Below are positions 35,539-49,419 of a stretch of DNA of 64,000 nucleotides, piece after piece. A model generated the notes under the pieces. The model saw nothing but the letters and a program-made list of their open reading frames with translations. It was not told the origin of the DNA and made no database searches. The translations under genes were made by a program, and so were the position numbers. The stretch's first letter is position 1, and each line of letters opens with the position of its first letter. Origin of the DNA: Salpingoeca rosetta (taxonomy: Eukaryota > Protista > Choanoflagellata). The stretch lies in NCBI GenBank assembly GCA_033442325.1, contig JAWQFM010000013.1:900885-964884 (forward strand), read 5' to 3'.

Positions 35539-38500
35539 CTCAAACACGGCGCCGGATTCCTCCGCCCACGACAGCTCGTGCTCCGTTGCGTCAAACGTCG
35601 TTGCATCAAGGTCATCCAGCAGCACGTCCCCCACAGAAACATCTGCTGCAGCCTCGTGCCGCCCACTGCCATGGTCCCCAAACATGCTGTCGTTGTGGCC
35701 ACTCGTCGTTGAGGTGGCGTCGGAGTCAACAACAACAGGCGCCTCCCACCACACCGCCGCTTCCTCCAGCTGCCGCATGTGCTGCTGATGCTCGTGCTGT
35801 TGCAACTGGCTGCATGTTGCTGTCGCCACTTCCGCTTCCGCTGTAGCCGCCGTCGCTGCTGCTGTTGTTTTTGTTGTTGTTGTGACTGTTGTCGAGCACG
35901 GTGATTCAAACGCCAGCGCATGGCCCGTCCACGCCGGCGTTGGTGTCATTGGTGTACTGGACCACCCCGCTTGAATGCTCTCCTCCTCCCCACTCCGCTC
36001 AGCAATGCCGAACAGGGCACGCGGTGCAAGTGCGGAACGCCTTGACGCGCCAACAGCGTCTGCAGCCTCGCTGCTGCCACCATCAACATCATCATTGCCA
36101 TGATCATCCACGACCCCCTGTTCCTCTTGCTGCTGCTGCTGCTGTTGCGGTTCTTGCTGCAACGAGATGTGCTCGACGGCTGCCTCGTCAAAGTCAAACG
36201 ACTCGTCACCGTCACCACCATCGTCTGCTCGATATGCATGTAGCCGTGCTGACTCTATCGCCACCGTTGAAGGTGTTGGAGACGGGGAGTGAGCGGCGGG
36301 CGCCTTGTGTGCGATGGTGTGTGCGCTTGTGCTGCCTTTGCGGCTGTTGCTTCCGCTGCTTCTGCGGCTGTTGTTTCCGCTGTTTCCGTTGCTGCTGTTA
36401 CTGCCGGCACGGCCGTGGTGATGAAAGGCGCGTGCCGTGGATGAGGTGGGCGACAGCAGCTGGTCAAACAGCGTCTCCTGCGAGTCTTCGAGCTCGCGCC
36501 GAAGCGTCGCAACCTCCTCTTGCAGCCGCGCAACCTGGTACCCATATGCGTGTGTGTTTTGTGTGTTTTGTGTGTTTTGTGTGTGTGTGTGTGTGTGTGT
36601 GTGTTTTGTGTGTTTTGTGTATGTGTGTGTGTGTGTGCGTGTGGTGAGATGAAAGGGTAATTGTGTGATGTGTTGAGGTCGAGAGAGCGTGTGCATGAGA
36701 GTGAGTGGGGTTGGGCGTGTGCACGTGAGTGAAGCAGGTTGCGGTGAACCAGCGTTTGGCACCAACACAATGGCAGTGCGATCGTGTTCTGAAGAAAACA
36801 CAAGACTGCTGTGCATGTGAACCACGAACAGCCACTTCACAAGGAAGAAGAAGAAGGAAAGCGACAAGATCAAGGTCATGGCAACGCCAACAAATCATCA
36901 GAAACACAGCCGTGCAAAACGGGAAGGCAACAATTGTGGCAAGCGTGCTGCTTACGTCCTCGTCGTAGCGGCGGTGCAGGTGCTCAATCTCTTCCTGCAG
37001 GGCATCCACCACATCCTGGTGCAGCTGCTGCTGCTTCTCAAAATCAGACGCCAGTGACTGTGCATGTGTGTATGTGTGTGAGTGTATGTATGTGAGTGTA
37101 TGTGTGTGAGTGTATGTGTGTGAGGATGGGCGCGGTACTACAGACTGTGCTGTTCATGTGTGATGAATGGGCGGACCGAGGCTACAGCCTGCACAACCAA
37201 CGCGACACCACCGCCCCAACAAAACAGCCACAATAACAGCCACTACTTCAAACAACAACAGCTTCAAACAACAACAACAACAACAACAACAACTTCAAAC
37301 AACAACAACAACAACAGCTTCAAAACAACTGTGACGCGCACCATGTGTTTGCGCTGCCATTCATTGGAGGTATCCTCCGCTTGCGCCAGCGTCTGCAAGA
37401 GAGATGCGTTGTCCTCCCCCACGTCCTGCAGCTGCGACTTGAGCTCCTCAATCGTCTGTGTCGACGTCGCCAGCCGCGCCTCAAGCTCCCGCACGCTGGG
37501 GTGGTGGTGGTGGTGGTGATGATGATGATGGTGGCTGTTGTGGCGTGATCCGTTGCGGCGGCGGCGCCCGCGCGCGTATGCAAAAGGGCTGCTGCCCTCT
37601 GAGCAGTCTGAATCCGTGGTCTCGCCCTCCTCATCCGTAAACAGCATCGCCCCGCTCAGTCGCGCAACCTGGCAAGGTTGGGGAAGACAGGGACACCACA
37701 CAAACACGCGTTCGAGCAGGGATTCGCATGAGCTGCGTGGGTCTACACGCGACACAACAAACAAACAAACAAACTAACAACAACTTAAACAACTACAACA
37801 GCTTAAACAACAACAACATCAGCAGGAACAGCAGCAGGGCTGGCAACACGGAACGGACCCGTGCTGTGAGGTCTTTGATGGTGGCTCTACTCCGCTCAAG
37901 CTGGTCACGCAAGTCTGTGCACATCTGTTGCACAACAAGGACAGCGGCAGCAGTCGTAATTGTCGTGTGTGTGTGGGGGGGGGGGTAAATGGGTGAGTGC
38001 GTGTGAATCTGTAGGTGAGTAAGTGAGTGACCATACAACGGACCACGAGCATCAATTGGGCGGTGAGTACAAGGCGCAGCAGCAACGGTTCGTAAGATAA
38101 ATGTGATTTGCTCAGCTGATTGTACCTGCACGTCGGCTTGATGCTCGCGCATCTCAATGTCAAAGGCCTGCTGCAGGTTTTCATAGCTGTACTTTGCTTG
38201 AGAGAGTTCCTGAACGCAAGCACGAAGGTGATGGCGGCTGTCACAGGTACTCATTGGCAACACACAAACGACACGGCACATACACGGCACCCACACATAC
38301 ATGCGCATTCTCACAACTTTGCTGTCAAATAACAGTGGGTCGCAAAGACACAAACACACACGCACATACACTACACATACATGCACACGCACGATACAAA
38401 ACACACACAAACACACACACTACAAACACACACACAAGCACACACACTACAAACACACACACAAACACACACAAGCACACTACAAACACACACACAGACA

Positions 38501-38958
38501 CACACAAGCACTACACAAAAATACACACACACGAGACGCACGTGTTCGAGGCGGTGGATTTGAGCTTGGTAGTGGTCTTTAGAGGGAGTTTTCAGGGCAT
38601 CACTGTGCAAGACAAAGCTGTCTGTGGCGAGCCTGTCGCTTGGGGAGTGGTCCCGCTCCTGGTTAAAGCTGGTGGTGCGGCGCCTGGCAGCAGCAAACAA
38701 GCTGTGTGGCACGGTGCGCTGTTGTGGTTGCTGCTGTGTTGCCAGTGGGCGCCTGGCCTTGTGTGGGTAGCCGTGTTGCGTCGTTGGCAAAGCTGATGAT
38801 GTAGTGGCTGGAGACTGAAGCCCCCGCGTCAACGAGGATGAAACGACCACCCCAGTCTCTCCAGCCAGTTCCTCCTCCTCTTGGAAAGGGTGGTGCTGGT
38901 GCTGCCAGATGCGCTCTTGCTCCAGCTCATCGTTCTGCTGACGTCTCGCGCTCATCAT
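34378..38958 (-). CDS. Uncharacterised coiled-coil protein with long acidic disordered region and hydrophobic C-terminus
   Basis: Exons approx. 38958-38542, 38209-38129, ~37930-37860, 37668-37342, ~37058-36957, 36534-34378. Heptad segments (ELSQAKYSYENLQQAF, VRELEARLATSTQTIEELKSQL, VARLQEEVATLRRELED). C-terminal WYCQSVAVVGGGWVAAKVLG..FSFFTSSALALGHAWL. Confidence 0.7.
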
Positions 38959-39077
38959 GTTCTCTTCGTTGTCGTCGTTGTTGTTTGTTGCAAGTCTCGA
39001 TCTCTCTCTCTCTCCCTTGGTGCAGTCCCGGGCAGCTGGAGCGGCACAACCCTCCGTCCCCAACGCACAGAGACTGA

Positions 39078-39119
<42 letters not shown>

Positions 39120-39512
39120 GTGTGAAGGAAGATGAGGGAAGTCTGCGTGAGAGCAGAGAAGCGTGAGTGAGGGCACTGCTCGCTTGCTTGCGTGCTTGCG
39201 TCGGTGCTGTTTCCTTCTCTGCCGCGAAAAACGGCATGATAATTGACGCAAATCTCCAACAGATCCTCCACAAATCGTGGCTCCCTGCCACTAGGACAGG
39301 CGTGCTATATAAATGCCACCGCGAGCGCCATTGATGTGAACCAAGCACACACAAACAAGCAAGCACAAGACACCTTCCTTCCACCATCGCGAACCACCCT
39401 TCTTCTCCTCTCTCTCCTCTGTCTTCTTGTTCTTGTTCTTTCCCTGTCTTTCTTCTTGTTCTTCTTGTTCTTCTTCTTGGTTGCAGGCAAGCACGGCAGG
39501 CACAGCGGCACC

Positions 39513-41234
39513 ATGACGGATGCAGTTGAGAAGCGCGTGCAAGCGTGCGCAACAGAATTGAAGACAATGACGGTGGACGTGTCAGGCCTCAAGCGGCAAC
39601 TCGGCACTCTTCGCTCGCAGCTGTTCAAAGTGGAGATGCTGCGTGCGCGCCGCCGCGTTCGCGCCGCTGCACTTGCGGTGGCCTCGGCACCAGATGACGA
39701 GGCCGCCGACAAGGCGCTCGACTCCATGACCCGGAGCATGCAGGAGCTCGAGCTCACACGCAAGAGCGGCGCCCGCTTCGACATGTACAAGAACCGCGGG
39801 CGCGGCAAGCAGGCCACCCAGGAGCGCCTGCAGGCCACCCTGGCCGGCCTCAGCAACCTGCGCGAGAAGCGGTGGAGCGAGGAGCGCGGCATCCGCCTGC
39901 CTCGTGCTCGGCCGTCCCCGACGAAGATGCCCGTCACTGCGCCCATCCCGGGGCAGCCGCCGGCGCTGCCGCCTCTGGGCGACCTCCAGGACATTCCCAA
40001 CCTCAACTTTGTTGCTGCGAACCTCAAGTCCAGCAACCCGGCGACCCTGCTGGAGGAGGTGCGCCGGCTGCGCAAGGCCCTGTCGCGGGAGGCGCAGCCG
40101 CCCATCGACGAGGTGATCCAGTCTGGCGCGGTGCCGTACCTCGTGCACTTGCTCGTGCACGACAACGCGACCATCCAGTTTGAGGCCGCGTGGGCGCTGA
40201 CCAACATTGCCTCTGGCAACTCGAGCCAGACGCGCGTGGTGATTGGCAACAACGGCATCCCTTTCTTCGTGCACCTGCTGCAGTCGCCGGCCGCCGACGT
40301 GTGCGACCAGGCCATCTGGGCGCTGGGCAACATCAGCGGCGACTGCCCGGAGTACCGCGACCTGTGCATCAGCCACCACATTGTGCCCGTCCTCATCAAC
40401 ATCCTCAAGTCTGCGCAGAAGGTGCAGCTCATCCGCAACGCCGTGTGGTGCCTCAGCAACCTGTGCCGCGGCAAGCCCCGCCCGCCGTTTGCGGAGGTTG
40501 CCGTGGCCATCCCCATGCTGGCGCAGTGCATCATGTCCGACGACCGCGACACGGTGACCGATGCGCTGTGGGCCATCTCCTACCTCTCGGACGGCGCCAA
40601 CGAGCAGATTGCGAGCGTGCTGCGCGCGGTGAACGTGCGGGTGCTGGTGGAGATGCTGCTGAAGAACGATCCGCAGCTGGTGACGCCGGCCCTGCGCACG
40701 CTCGGCAACATTGTCACGGGCACCGACGTGCAGACGCAGGCGTGCATTGACGCCGGGATGCTGCCTGCGCTGCGTGCCATCCTCAGCAAGCGCGACAACA
40801 AGAAGGCCATGCTCAAGGAGGCGTGCTGGGCGCTGAGCAACATCACGGCAGGCACGCGGGAGCAGATACAGGCGGTGCTTGATGCGGGCCTGGTGCCGCT
40901 TGCTGTGGACTACTGCCTCAACGCACCAGCGCCCGACGTGGCCAAGGAGGCGCTGTGGGTGCTGTCGAACATGACGAGCGGCGGGTCGCCGCAGCAGCTG
41001 CGCATCTTGGTGAGTGCAGACGCCGTGCGGGCGTTTGGCGGGAAGATTGAGGCACACACGGCGGTTGCCGTGGAGGGCGTGGCGAACCTTGTGAACAGCA
41101 TGCAGGCAGATGAGGAGGTAATTGAGGTGCTGGTTGGCCTGCTGGAGGACGAGGGTGTGGTGGACGCCCTGCAGGACTGCGACCACCACCAGGCCGCCCA
41201 GGTCCTCAACACCATTGCACCTTACTTGGACTGA
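39513..41234 (+). CDS. KPNA: Importin-alpha (karyopherin alpha) family protein, intronless CDS, divergent IBB
   Basis: ARM repeats with the importin-alpha W/N array: LRKALSREAQPPIDEVIQSG, FEAAWALTNIASG, QAIWALGNISGD, NAVWCLSNLCRGKP, DALWAISYLSDG, PALRTLGNIVTG, KEACWALSNITAG, KEALWVLSNMTSGG. Confidence 0.93.
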   Translation: MTDAVEKRVQACATELKTMTVDVSGLKRQLGTLRSQLFKVEMLRARRRVRAAALAVASAPDDEAADKALDSMTRSMQELELTRKSGARFDMYKNRGRGKQATQERLQATLAGLSNLREKRWSEERGIRLPRARPSPTKMPVTAPIPGQPPALPPLGDLQDIPNLNFVAANLKSSNPATLLEEVRRLRKALSREAQPPIDEVIQSGAVPYLVHLLVHDNATIQFEAAWALTNIASGNSSQTRVVIGNNGIPFFVHLLQSPAADVCDQAIWALGNISGDCPEYRDLCISHHIVPVLINILKSAQKVQLIRNAVWCLSNLCRGKPRPPFAEVAVAIPMLAQCIMSDDRDTVTDALWAISYLSDGANEQIASVLRAVNVRVLVEMLLKNDPQLVTPALRTLGNIVTGTDVQTQACIDAGMLPALRAILSKRDNKKAMLKEACWALSNITAGTREQIQAVLDAGLVPLAVDYCLNAPAPDVAKEALWVLSNMTSGGSPQQLRILVSADAVRAFGGKIEAHTAVAVEGVANLVNSMQADEEVIEVLVGLLEDEGVVDALQDCDHHQAAQVLNTIAPYLD

Positions 41235-41744
41235 TGCACTTGTGTGCGTTGTGTTGTCGCGTATTGTCGTGCGTGTGTTTGTGAATCTGTGTGTGAGTGT
41301 GTGTGTGTATGTGTGTGTGTGTTTGTGAATCTGTGTGTGTGTGTGTATGTGTGTGTATGTGTGTGTATGTGTAACTGTGTGAAAACACTGTGTGTGTGAA
41401 ACTCTCTGTATGTGTGCGTGTGCGTGTGACGCGATACTTTCGTTCCTCACGACACCCGTGCGTGCATCCTTACCTTTTGGCTTGTTTGCGTGTACGTTCT
41501 CTTCCTCCTCCTTCCCCTCTTCTTCCTTCCCTCTTTTGTTGCCCTGTTGCATTGTGCTGAGTTGTGTCAATGAGTCACATCTGCCGAAGCCACACCAGGT
41601 GCAACCACAACACGCCAGCGTCATGCCACATTCAAGCAAGCAAACAAGCCAGAGAGCGCAAACGTGAATCTGAAAGGAGAGGGGGGTGGTTTGTTTGGAA
41701 TTTCGCTGAACAACACCAACCAACCAACGACAAGCTGCCACCAA

Positions 41745-41823
<79 letters not shown>

Positions 41824-41833
41824 CCACGCCATC

Positions 41834-43679
<1,846 letters not shown>

Positions 43680-43729
43680 CACGAGAACTGCGACCCCTCT
43701 GAACCCTTCCCCCCTCTCCTCTTCTGGTT

Positions 43730-43773
<44 letters not shown>
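43730..43773. repeat. (TCA)n microsatellite downstream of the C1 gene stop
   Basis: Seen directly. Confidence 0.95.
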
Positions 43774-43774
<1 letters not shown>

Positions 43775-43995
43775 TGCTAGACTGCTGTTATGTTACATTA
43801 CATTACACTACATGCGCCCTGGCCCCCATCCTGTGCATACAACGTCTGTCCTTCTTCCTGTCCGTTTGTTGACAAGCAAGCAAGCAAGAACCAAGCAAGC
43901 AAGCAAGAACTAAGTCATCGTCATGACAGTTGCAACCAGAAACGCAACCAAGACAGCAAGTGCAGCAGTTGTGTGGGAGCAGCGAGGGATTGGGG

Positions 43996-44546
43996 ATGGC
44001 TGCGCAGCAGAGGCGGCGCCCGGGCCGTGGTGCTCGAGGCGGCAAGGGCAGTGCGGGTGGGAACAGTGACATGCGGAACAAGGGCTTGCTGCTGACGGCG
44101 TTTGCAGGAGGGTTCATCGCCTTTGTCATCTTCATCATTGACTCGGTTCGTGAACATGTGTGTCTGTGTGTTGTGCGCGTCTCTGTGTGTGCGTCTGTGT
44201 GTCTGTCTGTTTGTGAGCAAGCAGAGGCAAACCACTTACGTTGGTAGATGGGTAGGTAAGTGCGCGCACAAACACACAGACACACACACACACATACAGA
44301 CATACACACACACACACACTGGTGTTTGTCTTTGTGGCTCACTGCGTCTGCCTCCTGTCACTGCTCATCATCAACACCACAGATGCAACATGGGGAGACG
44401 ACACTCGCCCTTGAGTTTGAGAACATCACAGCAGCTTCATGGCCAGTGCCCTGCGCACTGCCAGCTGCCACTCGAGGCGGTGCGTTGACTGCACAGTGTG
44501 GTACATGGCTGGTGTTCATGCGCACGTGGTTGTGTGTCTGTCTGTG

Positions 44547-44581
<35 letters not shown>

Positions 44582-44866
44582 CTGCTTGCTTGCTTGCTTG
44601 CTTGCTTGTATGGGCGTCAGCATGAGGCGCCCACATGTGTGCAATCACGCATCTTCGCTCCCTCCGTCCTTCTCGCTCACGCAAACGCGCCCCATGGCCT
44701 GCATGCCCGCACCAGGCAACCCCCTGTGCCAGACGAGCTCGTGTGCCCGCATGGTATGGGATGGTCTGGTGCCCATGGAAGACGTTGACCAGCTCCGCTC
44801 CACGGCAGACACTATCATGAACAAGTACGGCGGGGCCGACGGCGGAGTACGTTACACGCATGCGCA

Positions 44867-44952
<86 letters not shown>

Positions 44953-45389
44953 AAGTGTGTCAAGTGTACGTATACTTGGGCTCGCCTCTGTCTTTTCAAC
45001 TCTGCACCAACTCACTCACCGACCCACACCCTTCGATTCACACCCACTGAGCCGACCGTGTACCGTCAGCCAACCATCTGGGACCTTCACTCNNNNNNNN
45101 NNNNNNNNNNNNNNNNNNNNNNNNNNNNNNNNNNNNNNNNNNNNNNNNNNNNNNNNNNNNNNNNNNNNNNNNNNNNNNNNNNNNNNNNNNNNNNNNNNNN
45201 NNNNNNNNNNNNNNNNNNNNNNNNNNNNNNNNNNNNNNNNNNNNNNNNNNNNNNNNNNNNNNNNNNNNNNNNNNNNNNNNNNNNNNNNNNNNNNNNNNNN
45301 NNNNNNNNNNNNNNNNNNNNNNNNNNNNNNNNNNNNNNNNNNNNNNNNNNNNNNNNNNNNNNNNNNNNNNNNNNNNNNNACACACACAA

Positions 45390-45432
<43 letters not shown>

Positions 45433-45488
45433 CACTCACTCACTCACTCACACACACACACACACACTCTCTCTCACACACACACGCA

Positions 45489-45577
<89 letters not shown>

Positions 45578-46533
45578 TCTCTCCCTCCCTCTCTCCACAC
45601 AACCACATCACATCACACATGATATGCACACATAATATCCCCCTTGTCTTTCTTTGCACAGACCGCACAAACACAGCACGACGAGTACTGGCATACACAC
45701 ATCGACAAGGTGCAGTTCTTGCAACAACATCATCACACACCGACACGTACACGCACACAGTGAAGGTGCAACCTATTCTTCCTCACCAGCCGCCTCTGCC
45801 TGCGCTCACCTATTTGCTCACACACGATCACACCCCACTTCACCACTGCACCACACTGCAACTTGGTTGTGCCAAGGTGACTTATGGCAGCTTTGACTAC
45901 ACGTGTCTGCTGTATCTCTCCACATACCGTCAGAACTTCACCGGCGGCCGCTTCGTCTTCGAGGTGCGCACCCATCACCCTTCATTATCATCCATCCACC
46001 ATCCATCCACCATCTATCCACCATCCGTCATTGTTGATGTTGTGATCGGTGCGAGATGTTGCTCCATACCCATGTCACCACCACGCCAATGTGGCATGCG
46101 ACCACTCACACATATTGTGTGTTGTGCATATTGTGTGTGTGCTTGCTGTTGCTGTCACGTTTGACAGGACAAGAGCTATCGCGGTGGCGACATGCACCGC
46201 GTCGTGGAACCAAAGGCCGGTACGTCCCCACACGTGCACACACAAGCTGTCACAAACACGAAATGCGCGACACACGTGTCTCCCACAACGCACCCAAGCT
46301 CACACCACCACCACCACCACCACTACCACTACCATCACTCGACCCGTGTGGCTGTGGCAGGGCGTGTGTCGTGCTTCACCTCTGGGGCGGAGAACCCGCA
46401 CCACGTGGAGCAGGTGGCATCAGGCACCCGATATGCCCTGACGATTGCGTTCACGTGCGACCCCGATATGGCCATCCCACAGCCCAGGGCAACAGAGGCC
46501 ACCACGTCCTCTGCCGTGCCCTCAAACTTGTAG
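43996..46533 (+). CDS. OGFOD3: 2-oxoglutarate/Fe(II) oxygenase OGFOD3-like, type II membrane anchor (part lost in gap)
   Basis: N-terminal TM LLLTAFAGGFIAFVIFII; GGADGG|PTIWDLH; HDEYWHTHIDK|VTYGSFDYTCLLYLS (HxD); VEPKA|GRVSCFTSGAENPHHVEQVASGTRYALTIAFTCDP (distal His and Arg). Confidence 0.92.
45093..45379. other. Assembly gap (287 N) inside OGFOD3
   Basis: N run beginning within an exon. Confidence 1.
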
Positions 46534-46562
46534 CGCTCGTGTGGCGTGGGGGTGGTTGAGCG

Positions 46563-46625
46563 TGGTTGGTTGTGGTTGGTTGTGGTTGGTTGTGGTTGGT
46601 TGTGGTTGGTTGTGGTTGGTTGTGG
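46563..46625. repeat. 10-bp tandem repeat (tggttggttg) x~6 just after the OGFOD3 stop
   Basis: Seen directly. Confidence 0.9.
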
Positions 46626-46896
46626 CGCACACCACGGTGTGCTGCCCATTGCATGGATAAAGGAAACAACACACCCCTGGCGTGAAGGCAAGCAAGCAAG
46701 CAGCCATTCAAACGCACGCACATTCACACACACAAAACACAACACAAAACAACACAACCCCACTGCTGCAGAATCATCAGGCGTCAGGTCATTCCTGCCT
46801 GACTTTTCCTCCAAACACACACACGCACAAAACAAGACAGGAGCGGACGAAGGAAGGAGCACGAGGCAGAGAGGACACGCAAGGACACTCGAGACT

Positions 46897-47508
46897 ATGG
46901 CCATGCGAACAGCGCTGCTGCTGGTGGTGTTGGTGCTGGTGGTGGCCAGCAGCGTGTGCGAGTGTGCGGCCCAACAAGGCAGTGGCAGCAACAGCTCAGT
47001 GAGTGCCGATGCGACCACGACAACCCAGACCACAACAACAACAACAACGACGACGACGACGACGTCTGCATCGAGTGGCGTGGTTGTTGTGCCCATGCTG
47101 AGGCATGCCGAGCAAAGCTTCGCCGCCAACTCAACAGCAGCGCACTCCCTAGCTCGCCACGCTCACCGATACGGCTTCGTCCCCGTGAGTTCCTTGCAAC
47201 CCCTGATACTGGCGCTTCTTGGGCCTTGTTTGCATGCCTGCTTGCCAATGACCTCAACGATCGCGGTCATGCGTCCTGTCCTGTCCGCTCCTCCCATCTG
47301 TTGGCACATGCTTCCCTTCTCCCCGATCTCACTCTGTGCACATACGTTGCGATGCTGTGCAGCCCATCACAAACATTTCCCTGCGCGGATACCCTGCGAC
47401 AGCCTACCACGTGCAGATGTCGTTTGGAACCAACGGCGCGGGTGGCGAGGTGTGTGTGTCTGTGCATGTGCGTGTCTGTGCCTGTGTGTATGTGAGTGTA
47501 CGTCTATG

Positions 47509-47567
<59 letters not shown>

Positions 47568-48302
47568 CTCTGTCTGTGTCTGTGTCTGTGTGTGTTGCAG
47601 CATCGATCCAAGGCCCAACAGTTGATCCCTACTTGCACTGGACCCCTGCGCATGTGTGTGCTCTCATGTTGCTGCCTCTGCTCTTTGCCAATCCAGCTCA
47701 ACTGCGTCGTTGATACCGGGAGCAGTAACCTCGGTAAGCGCTGCAAATCACACACTTCGGGATATGCTTGTGCAAGTACCCTGCCAGCCCCTGGATCCAA
47801 TCGTGCTGGCAAATATTGCACATGCACTCCCCTCAACCTTGTACATGCACCCCCCCCCCCTTACATCTCCCTCACTCCACTATATGACAACACCACACCA
47901 TGAAACGGCAGCCGTGTCCGCGGACCCCACAGATGATGCCAAGAATCACTTCAAGTACGATCCCATCATAACCGGATGCTTCCTGTCTGAACTGAACTGT
48001 ATGCGTGGGTTACTTATGCCTTGATTGCTTGCTTGCATGCTGTCCCTCGTATGTAACCCCTTCTGGCATGCTGTTGCTGCTGCGCCCTCTGCAGGACTAC
48101 GGACACGACCACGTGGATGTCCACGTACTTTAACGTCGAATATGTGGTGAGTACGAGCTACACTCGTGCGTGAGTGCTCTGTGCATGTGTGCGTTTGCGG
48201 TACGTGTGTGAGTGTGCTGTACTTGTGCGGTACGTGTGCGGATGCATGCACATTTGCGCGCGCACACGCACACACGCACACACGCACACGCGCACACGCA
48301 CG

Positions 48303-48338
<36 letters not shown>

Positions 48339-48587
48339 AAACCGCTCGCGTGTAGTCGAACGCCCGTCTCACCTTCTGCACGGCACCATGTGTTGCTTCG
48401 TGCTGTCCGTGCGTGCACAGATGTCCGGTTGGAGGGCGGAGCGCGTCTCAGACATTGTCGGGTTTGCAGGCGAACCCGCACTTCGTAAGTAAAATGCGGA
48501 TGTGCTGCTGTTGGTGCTCGAGTGTGTATGCCTCACTACACTCTTTTTGAGGTACACGAGCGTTGTGAATTGTGTCACGAACGCTCG

Positions 48588-48674
<87 letters not shown>

Positions 48675-49008
48675 ACTGCAGGCGATGTGGTTGAGTTTGG
48701 CGGGATTATTGAATCCACAGACTTCTTCCAGGAGAAGAGCACATATGACGGCATTCTCGGCCTCGCATACGCCGCAATTGCCGCTGTACGTGCTTGGGGT
48801 TGTGCTCTTGCATGTGTATGTGTGTGTGTGTGTGCTCGTGTGCATCGGTGGAAGGAATTTCAATGCATGCATGCGTGTGTGCTTGTTCATGAGTTTGCCG
48901 CTCGTGTATCAGCAGATGTGTGATCTCATCTGCCTTGGTCCATTGTCACCCATCGTGAGCGATTGTCGTGCAACATGGCAAGACACCGTCACCCTCACTC
49001 ACACGACT

Positions 49009-49086
<78 letters not shown>

Positions 49087-49344
49087 GCACACACACACAC
49101 ACACACAGCCGCCAAGTGACCCCGTAGAGCCGTTCTTCACCACCATCATCCGGAAACAGGACGTGAACCCCGTGTTTGGGGTGCAGATGTGCGTGCTGCT
49201 GCCGAGCCCCATTGTTGCGCCGTCACATCCAAGCACCACCGCACACCCCATCCCGGCCAACGCATCTTCGACCTCGGCAACAACACCGTCATCAATGACA
49301 ATGGCTGATGCTTCCACACACGCCGACAACACCACGACAGCTGT

Positions 49345-49419
<75 letters not shown>

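Noticed and set aside
39582-41819. 745-aa minus-strand ORF overlapping importin-alpha
   Set aside because: Antisense ORF caused by high GC3 codon usage; no recognisable motifs.
48860-48880. Frequent TGCATG (RBFOX site) in introns
   Set aside because: Adequately explained by the strong alternating purine-pyrimidine composition of these introns.
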